IMG/VR virus record: IMGVR_UViG_3300046673_000201
Direction: 5' to 3' (one strand)
Length of the DNA: 31,401 nucleotides
Source: a virus
In this document: piece after piece, positions 7,449 through 12,900 of the stretch
Numbering within the stretch: position 1 is the stretch's first letter
Layout: each line of letters begins with the position of its first letter
Made by a program: the position numbers and the translations under genes
Notes under the pieces: generated by a model
Seen by the model: only the letters and a program-made list of their open reading frames with translations
Databases searched by the model: none
Told to the model about the DNA's origin: nothing

Positions 7449-7463
7449 ATCTTATATTGATAT

Positions 7464-8006
7464 TTATTCAGCATATTCCCATATGAAACCGCCAGCTGAT
7501 AGCAATCTACCTTTAGCGCATTTACATATATGACCTCTAAATATTTTAAGAGCACGCTCTGCACCTCTTATAGAGGCATAAGATCTTATATAAACATGAC
7601 CCTTAGTGTACTGTATTATTTTTTTGACGCGTTTATTATCTTTACCTATTCTACTTTTTGACCATATTAAATTAATATAAGAATTATCATAAATATCTTT
7701 ATTTATATGGAAAATGTGTTTTTTATTTCCTGGTTTAGGTAAGTATGTCATTGCGACTAGATTGCATACTTTGTAAGATTTCTTAATATTATTTTTACTT
7801 AAATTAAGGCTTGGACCTTGATTGATAACCATAGATTCCTTTAACCACTGACCGTAATGTCTATGTACACTAAAATTACTACCGCTGATCCATTCCTTTG
7901 GGTAACTCCACACTCTGCCATTTTTAGTAATGGCGTACAATCCCTCATACCCAGGAATATCTTTTATTTCTATACGCTTTGGCTTTACATTGCTTGTAAC
8001 TTTCAT
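7464..8006 (-). CDS. HNH homing endonuclease (NUMOD4 N-terminus, HNH_3 core, IENR1/NUMOD1-like C-terminal DNA-binding motif)
   Basis: [21 protein letters not shown] (NUMOD4), [16 protein letters not shown] (HNH_3-like), [36 protein letters not shown] (IENR1-like). Confidence 0.75.
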   Translation of the reverse strand: MKVTSNVKPKRIEIKDIPGYEGLYAITKNGRVWSYPKEWISGSNFSVHRHYGQWLKESMVINQGPSLNLSKNNIKKSYKVCNLVAMTYLPKPGNKKHIFHINKDIYDNSYINLIWSKSRIGKDNKRVKKIIQYTKGHVYIRSYASIRGAERALKIFRGHICKCAKGRLLSAGGFIWEYAE

Positions 8007-8221
8007 TTTATTTTATCCAAGTATTTTATTTGACTGTCTTCCTCTTCTTTTTCCTTTTTCTCTTTCTGAATTTTTATATATATCTCTTCTCTGTGTACGC
8101 TTATATCTATTGGAGCGTCTATACCTAGACGCGTTTGTCTACCATTTATTTCTAATATAGATATGCAAATATCATTACCAATTCTGATGCGTTCTCCGAC
8201 TCTTCTTGTAAGAATTAACAT
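8003..8221 (-). CDS. csrA: CsrA/RsmA-family RNA-binding translational regulator
   Basis: [52 protein letters not shown] aligns along its length with enterobacterial CsrA ([10 protein letters not shown]...[13 protein letters not shown]). There is an extra KE-rich tail. GGAGG RBS at 8229-8233 (minus strand). Its stop overlaps the HNH start. Confidence 0.9.
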   Translation of the reverse strand: MLILTRRVGERIRIGNDICISILEINGRQTRLGIDAPIDISVHREEIYIKIQKEKKEKEEEDSQIKYLDKIK

Positions 8222-8248
8222 TTAAAACCTCCGTAGGGCGAACCCCTA

Positions 8249-8311
8249 TTATTTTTTAATTAATATAATTACCATAAAACTTACGATAGCGAATATTAAA
8301 AATGATGCCAT
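8249..8311 (-). CDS. Hydrophobic micropeptide 1 (20 aa)
   Basis: MASFLIFAIVSFMVIILIKK. Member of a four-ORF tandem paralogous set upstream of csrA. Weak AAGG SD. Confidence 0.35.
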   Translation of the reverse strand: MASFLIFAIVSFMVIILIKK

Positions 8312-8327
8312 TTTATAGACCTTTATT

Positions 8328-8405
8328 TTATTCTTTATAAACTAATATAGCGGTTAAAATAGTAGTTAAAAGAGCGGCTATAACTAACAATAGAAATACT
8401 ATCAT
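8328..8405 (-). CDS. Hydrophobic micropeptide 2 (25 aa)
   Basis: MIVFLLLVIAALLTTILTAILVYKE. Its ATG overlaps the TGA of peptide 3 (ATGA). GGGAAG SD. Confidence 0.4.
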   Translation of the reverse strand: MIVFLLLVIAALLTTILTAILVYKE

Positions 8406-8473
8406 CGTTCTTCCCTACTAATCAAAAGACCTATTAACATACCACCAAGTACGAATAACAAAAATGTTATCAT
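8402..8473 (-). CDS. Hydrophobic micropeptide 3 (23 aa)
   Basis: MITFLLFVLGGMLIGLLISREER. GAGGG SD. Confidence 0.4.
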   Translation of the reverse strand: MITFLLFVLGGMLIGLLISREER

Positions 8474-8485
8474 TTTATAACCCTC

Positions 8486-8539
8486 TTAGTCTTTGAAAAG
8501 TAAAATACAAGCTATTAAAAATAATAATGACACTACCAT
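8486..8539 (-). CDS. Hydrophobic micropeptide 4 (17 aa)
   Basis: MVVSLLFLIACILLFKD. AGGAG SD 7 nt upstream. Confidence 0.4.
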   Translation of the reverse strand: MVVSLLFLIACILLFKD

Positions 8540-8570
8540 TTTATTCTCCTATCGATTTGTTATTAATTTA

Positions 8571-8599
8571 TTATAACTACTTATAGTAAGTAGCTATAA
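8571..8599. promoter_or_regulatory. 29-bp near-perfect palindrome (possible operator) upstream of the micropeptide-csrA operon
   Basis: ttataa-ctactta-tag-taagtag-ctataa. One mismatch, 3-nt centre. Confidence 0.35.
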
Positions 8600-8646
8600 T
8601 TGAATATAGCAGATAATTTATGAAAGTGTTATTTATTTTAAATTTG

Positions 8647-8757
8647 TTTACAAATATAAAAATTATTGTATTATATATCTATCTCTGTCCAAAAGATGAG
8701 ATCAAAAAGTAAAAGACAAGATTTGCCCGAATATTTAATTATATCCGGGCTTTTTTT
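8647..8757 (+). ncRNA. Candidate small RNA unit: promoter, roughly 75-nt transcript, intrinsic terminator
   Basis: TTTACA (8647-8652), TG-extended ATTATA (8667-8675), then hairpin gcccgaatat/atatccgggc (8725-8750) followed by T7 (8751-8757). No SD-led ORF inside. Confidence 0.35.
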
Positions 8758-8775
8758 GGCCTATCAAAAATATAA

Positions 8776-8803
8776 TTGACTAAATTTTAAATAATTATAC
8801 AAT
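8776..8803 (+). promoter_or_regulatory. Sigma70-type promoter facing the G-run element
   Basis: TTGACT (8776-8781), 16-bp spacer, TACAAT (8798-8803). Confidence 0.45.
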
Positions 8804-8808
8804 ACATG

Positions 8809-8937
8809 TTCTTTCTTTTTATTTTTTGTTTTTTTTGGACTTTCCTGAATTAACAGGGCAACTTCTCATAGGGGGGTTGGGGGGGATTTGGTAGTTTTTC
8901 TTCTTTTTTCTTTTTCCTTTCTGTTGTGACTTTCTTA
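8809..8937. other. Non-coding element: two long polypyrimidine tracts flanking a G-rich core with G6-TT-G7
   Basis: T/C tracts at 8809-8836 and 8895-8937. Core ggactttcctgaattaacagggcaacttctcataggggggttgggggggatttgg, with the G runs at 8871-8876 and 8879-8885. Compositionally aberrant in an AT-rich genome. Confidence 0.5.
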
Positions 8938-9147
8938 TAGATATTATTTAAATCATAAGAAATAAAAAATATAGATAAATTAAATTCCCTGAAGTTAGAT
9001 TTTTATAGATACTCACAAATTCTATGGATAAGTCTGTTGATATCTTTGACCGGATCTTATGTGATCTGTTGTTTATTTGCCTCTCCCTTAAATTGCGCAT
9101 AATTTAATCATATTCTCTACTTCATACACATAAGCACAAACTATAGC

Positions 9148-9175
9148 TTGATACTGTGCTTAACAGGTTTATAAT
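9148..9175 (+). promoter_or_regulatory. Strong sigma70-type promoter of the GG-leader peptide gene
   Basis: TTGATA (9148-9153), 16-bp spacer, TATAAT (9170-9175), 32 nt before the ATG at 9207. Confidence 0.55.
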
Positions 9176-9206
9176 ATAATTTCTATTTCTAAATTAGAGC
9201 AATGAA

Positions 9207-9548
9207 ATGAAAACATTGAGCAAGAAAGAGATTGAATGCGTAAACGGTGGTGATTTAAATTGTCCAAAGACAGCTCTGAGTACAGCAAGTGCAATTTGTG
9301 TTGGCATAGGATCAGCATTGCAGGCATGGGGACAATCAATTCATGTTGCTGCCCCTAATCTTGGAGATGCAACCCAGACAGCCAAGCAAAGGGTAATAGG
9401 TATGACTATTAGTATAGGTGGTTTAGTATTAAATTGTTTTAGTTTTGCTTTAGCTGCATTATCATCAGCAGAACAGAGTTGTGATTTTACTACCAATACT
9501 ACTGTAACAAACTCAACTATACCCACCAATTCTACAACCACTCCATGA
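9207..9548 (+). CDS. Double-glycine-leader (bacteriocin/microcin-type) secreted peptide precursor, 113 aa
   Basis: MKTLSKKEIECVNGG-DLN... fits the class II bacteriocin leader consensus. The predicted mature part has two Gly/Ala-rich hydrophobic helices, 4 Cys and a Thr/Asn-rich tail with NTT, NST, NST. Confidence 0.6.
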   Translation: MKTLSKKEIECVNGGDLNCPKTALSTASAICVGIGSALQAWGQSIHVAAPNLGDATQTAKQRVIGMTISIGGLVLNCFSFALAALSSAEQSCDFTTNTTVTNSTIPTNSTTTP

Positions 9549-9673
9549 TAACTAAATACGTCCAGAAAAAAAGTACACGTATATTTATTACTCTTTCAAA
9601 ATAAGGTCTACGTTTCTACCGACTTCGCATTGAAGATATAGCGCTACCCTAATGTTGTTTAAACTAGTCAAGA

Positions 9674-9702
9674 TTGACACCTTCACCTCCCCAATGTATC
9701 AT
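9674..9702 (+). promoter_or_regulatory. Sigma70-type promoter of the 9735 ORF
   Basis: TTGACA (9674-9679), 17-bp spacer, TATCAT (9697-9702), preceded by TG. Confidence 0.5.
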
Positions 9703-9734
9703 TTTTATAACCATTACAAATAAAGGTAGATAAA

Positions 9735-9935
9735 ATGAAAGCATTGAACGGTAAAGAATTAGATTTCGTTAGCGATGTTCCTCCACAAGGATTAAGAAGA
9801 GCTGCTCATTTTGCACCACTTCAAGCCGCCCATGATGATAACCTTGATTTTAGATTCATGGTATTTGCACCGCAAAAAGAACTAGACCCAAATGCTCCTG
9901 ATTTTGAAAGTCAAATGATGAGCAAAGGTTGGTAA
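9735..9935 (+). CDS. Small hydrophilic acidic protein (66 aa) with a degenerate GG-type leader-like N-terminus
   Basis: MKALNGKELDFVSD parallels MKTLSKKEIECVNGG of the neighbouring ORF but ends SD rather than GG. AAGG SD. Confidence 0.45.
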   Translation: MKALNGKELDFVSDVPPQGLRRAAHFAPLQAAHDDNLDFRFMVFAPQKELDPNAPDFESQMMSKGW

Positions 9936-9942
9936 ATGCATA

Positions 9943-10680
9943 ATGTTCAAAATCAAATGTACTTCTAAACAACATCCATTTGACGATAGGCAGAAAAAAG
10001 CCTGTGATCTTTATTTGATAACTAAAGACGCTAGATTATCAGTAAAGAAAGCGGGATATGCTAAAGATACGATAGCGAGACCAAGTATAGTTTTATCTAG
10101 TGTTAATGCCTTGGATTATTTAAAAAGCAAAGGGATGTCTGGGCAAGATCTTATAGAATTAGAAAAAATACGCATAAAAAGACAAACGTTAGTAAAAAAA
10201 TTAAGACATGATAACAAAAAGTTATTACAAGAAGAGATGCCAGAGCGTTTCATTACTCCTATGCAACAAAAATTGTGTGATGCATATTTAATTTTAGGGA
10301 ACATTAGGTTAGCCAGTCAAGCCGCTGGTTATGTTGAATGCAGTGCATACGCATCTTTTAAAAAACCTAATGTTCAGAGATACTTAAAAGGAAAGCAAAA
10401 TATGTATGAAAACGATTTAAGGTCTACTTTTGAATGGAAGGTTAATAAACTGGTTAATTTAGTGGAATCAGTTATTGATAAAAAAGGAAAGGTGGATAGA
10501 CAATATGGAGGCATGGCCATTGCGGCAATTAAAGAACTTAATGCAATGCAAGGTCATATCGCGCCAACATCAACAATAGTAGCAACACTTAACAATGATA
10601 CGGATATACAAAAAATTAACGAACTTACTTTTAAAATTCTTGAGGAAAAAAGAAATGTCAGAGCTATCGAACACAAGTAA
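9943..10680 (+). CDS. terS: Terminase small subunit (Terminase_2-like) with a duplicated N-terminal HTH module
   Basis: QKKACDLYLITKDARLSVKKAGYAKD...DYLKSK and MQQKLCDAYLILGNIRLASQAAGYVE...RYLKGK both fit the Terminase_2 DNA-binding motif (..f...Yl..gN...Aa..AGYs). It lies upstream of terL. Confidence 0.7.
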   Translation: MFKIKCTSKQHPFDDRQKKACDLYLITKDARLSVKKAGYAKDTIARPSIVLSSVNALDYLKSKGMSGQDLIELEKIRIKRQTLVKKLRHDNKKLLQEEMPERFITPMQQKLCDAYLILGNIRLASQAAGYVECSAYASFKKPNVQRYLKGKQNMYENDLRSTFEWKVNKLVNLVESVIDKKGKVDRQYGGMAIAAIKELNAMQGHIAPTSTIVATLNNDTDIQKINELTFKILEEKRNVRAIEHK

Positions 10681-10966
10681 ATGCTCACTATGCGGTGGTT
10701 CAACGATGGTTAGCACCACAAACGGAATGAGAATTAGGTGTCCCGCTTGTTTCCCTGCACAATCTTCGATATCTGAAAATATAAAAACTAATGATTACCT
10801 ATGCGACTTGTATAGGAATATTGTAGAAAAAGAAAAAGATCAGGAAGTCATTATCATAGACGAGCCAAAAGAATCTAAACCACTACACTTAGGCAATTCT
10901 AGAGATAAGATCCTAGAAAGAGTAAGGGATATAGCCGCCAATAGAAAGAAGAAGGGGAAAAAATGA
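10655..10966 (+). CDS. Zinc-ribbon protein (CxxC...CxxC), 103 aa
   Basis: GAGGA RBS at 10642-10646. SKCSLCGGSTMVSTTNGMRIRCPACF. Lys-rich C-terminus. Paralogue of the next ORF. Confidence 0.55.
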   Translation: MSELSNTSKCSLCGGSTMVSTTNGMRIRCPACFPAQSSISENIKTNDYLCDLYRNIVEKEKDQEVIIIDEPKESKPLHLGNSRDKILERVRDIAANRKKKGKK

Positions 10967-11262
10967 AAGAAAATGACAAGGACGGTACAGCGTCGTCAAA
11001 ATGTTTATTGTGCCAAGGAAAGGGTTTTATTGACGTCCAAAAGGTTTTAATGATTAGTTGTCCAGTATGCTACTTCCAAGCGTGGGCAAATCCTACGGCA
11101 CCTAAATCTAGCAGGATGTTAATCAGCAGAAAAGACGCTGATAGGTTAAGAAGTGGTTTTCCTACAGGTAAAGTTAATGTATCTCCTTGGACTCGAAGTG
11201 GTCCAGGAGATTGGAAGAGTAAAATTATATTATCAAGAGCTGGCGTAAAAGATGGCAAGTGA
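10963..11262 (+). CDS. Zinc-ribbon protein with a DnaJ-like CxxCxGxG motif, 99 aa
   Basis: SKCLLCQGKGFIDVQKVLMISCPVCYF. ATGA overlap with the upstream gene. Confidence 0.55.
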   Translation: MKENDKDGTASSKCLLCQGKGFIDVQKVLMISCPVCYFQAWANPTAPKSSRMLISRKDADRLRSGFPTGKVNVSPWTRSGPGDWKSKIILSRAGVKDGK

Positions 11263-12802
11263 AGTTAGGATGAGTGACGAGGAGATATTATTAGCGGCTA
11301 GTGTAAAGGCTGAGTTGCTTGATGATTTACTAGCTTTCACGCGTGTATTTTATAAGCTTAGAACAGGGAGGGATTTTGTTTTGGGAAATCCTATAGGACG
11401 TGAAAATCACTATGCGATTATAGCAAAAGCTTTATATAAATTATTTGAAAGAAAATCATTTAAAACCATAATAAATGTGCCCCCAAGAATGGGTAAAACA
11501 ACTTTATTGATGAATTTTATAGCGTGGAGTTTAGCCAGATATCCAGATTGTAATTTTTTATATGTTTCCTATTCTCATGATTTAGCTTGTCTTGCTACTG
11601 CTGAAATAAAGCAAATAATATCTACTCCATACTATAAAAAAATGTTTGGCGTGGAACTTAGAGACGATTCTCAAGCCAAAGATGCATTTATAACAACTGC
11701 TGGAGGTTCTGTAATTGCGGTGGGGGCTGGCGGCACGATAACAGGTAGGGCAGCCGGTATCTTTAATTGTGATCGCTTTGGGGGAATTTTAGTTGTAGAC
11801 GATATTGGCAAGCCAAGCGAAGCTTCAAGTCAGGTTGTTAGAGAAGGTATAAAGAATTGGTATTATAACACTTTGCAAAGCAGAAGGAATGACGCAGAAA
11901 GAACGGGCATTTGCATTATAGGCCAAAGAATACATGAGGATGATTTGCCGGGCCATCTTATCACTCAAGGCGGATGGGATACGGTAATATTACCAGCTAT
12001 AGATTCCTCCAATAACCCTATTTGCCCTCAATTGATGAATATTCAAGAACTGAGAAACTTAAGAGAGCTGCAACCTTTTGTCTTTGAGTGCCAATATCAA
12101 CAAAACCCTACCGGAGATACTGCATCTTTATTCAAATCCGAGCATTTCCCTGTTTTAGAAAAAATGCCAAATATTTTAATGACGTTTATTACCGCTGATA
12201 CTGCCGAGACGGATAAAACGTATAACGATGCCACTGTATTTAGCCTATGGGGTATATATCGCATAGAACATTTTGGAAAAGAAACCGATTTATATGGTTT
12301 GCATTGGCTCAACTGCGTAGAAATATTTGTACAGCCTAAAGACTTACAGGCGGAGTTTATGCAATTTTATGCCTCTGCATGTTCGGTTAAAATACCTGCA
12401 TTCGCAGCCATAGAAAAGAAAAGCACGGGCGTGACATTAATTAGCGTATTAGAAACTATCCAAGGACTGAATGTAATCTCGGTAGATAGAACATCTGCGA
12501 GCGGAAGCAAGATAAATCGTCATATATCTATGCAGCAATATATAAGTCAAAAATTAATATCATTACCTTATGGCGCTCCTCATACTAAGATGTGTATAGA
12601 GCATATGATAAAAATAAATGCAGCCGGAACACAGCGCCGTTCGGATATTGTCGACTCAGTATTTGATGCTGTTCGTATGACATTTATTGATAAAACTGCT
12701 TTATATTTGATGAGTAATGCTCAAGTTAATAATAAAGATCAAGCAGATAAAATACTTCGATCGCAGATTAATGTAGCTAATGACAGAATAAATAGATGGT
12801 GA
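11252..12802 (+). CDS. terL: Terminase large subunit
   Basis: Walker A VPPRMGKTTL, Walker B GILVVDDIGKP, coupling motif IIGQRIHEDDL. C-terminal nuclease-like half with TADTAETDK...D. About 516 aa, upstream of the portal. Confidence 0.9.
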   Translation: MASEVRMSDEEILLAASVKAELLDDLLAFTRVFYKLRTGRDFVLGNPIGRENHYAIIAKALYKLFERKSFKTIINVPPRMGKTTLLMNFIAWSLARYPDCNFLYVSYSHDLACLATAEIKQIISTPYYKKMFGVELRDDSQAKDAFITTAGGSVIAVGAGGTITGRAAGIFNCDRFGGILVVDDIGKPSEASSQVVREGIKNWYYNTLQSRRNDAERTGICIIGQRIHEDDLPGHLITQGGWDTVILPAIDSSNNPICPQLMNIQELRNLRELQPFVFECQYQQNPTGDTASLFKSEHFPVLEKMPNILMTFITADTAETDKTYNDATVFSLWGIYRIEHFGKETDLYGLHWLNCVEIFVQPKDLQAEFMQFYASACSVKIPAFAAIEKKSTGVTLISVLETIQGLNVISVDRTSASGSKINRHISMQQYISQKLISLPYGAPHTKMCIEHMIKINAAGTQRRSDIVDSVFDAVRMTFIDKTALYLMSNAQVNNKDQADKILRSQINVANDRINRW

Positions 12803-12900
12803 TAAATAGTTTTATGTTTCACGTGAAACTATAATAACTTGCAAATATCATAGAACTAGCGGAAAATTAAGAAAAACTTAACAAATCCAAAAGTCAAGAT

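Noticed and set aside
8696-8779. 27-aa ORF (MRSKSKRQDLPEYLIISGLFLAYQKYN) inside the sRNA candidate
   Set aside because: It has no SD and reads straight through the terminator stem and T-run. It is more likely non-coding.
8806-8853. 15-aa ORF MFFLFIFCFFWTFLN in the first polypyrimidine tract
   Set aside because: Its ATG lies at or upstream of the predicted transcription start of the 8776-8803 promoter. It has no SD, and the Phe-rich sequence is simply a translated T-tract.
8809-8937. The G-run/polypyrimidine element as a CsrB/RsmY-type sponge RNA for the adjacent CsrA
   Set aside because: It has only about two A(N)GGA motifs on either strand, whereas known Csr/Rsm sponges carry many GGA motifs in hairpin loops. 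It is kept only as an unexplained element.
9023-9031. DnaA-box-like 9-mer tatggataa (one mismatch to tgtggataa)
   Set aside because: It is a single isolated near-match with no cluster and no adjacent DUE. The genome already has a clear iteron origin elsewhere.
12816-12829. Perfect 14-bp palindrome gtttcacgtgaaac between terL and the portal gene
   Set aside because: It is short, has no T-run (so it is not a terminator), and has no second copy. It could be a minor regulatory site but there is not enough evidence to call it.
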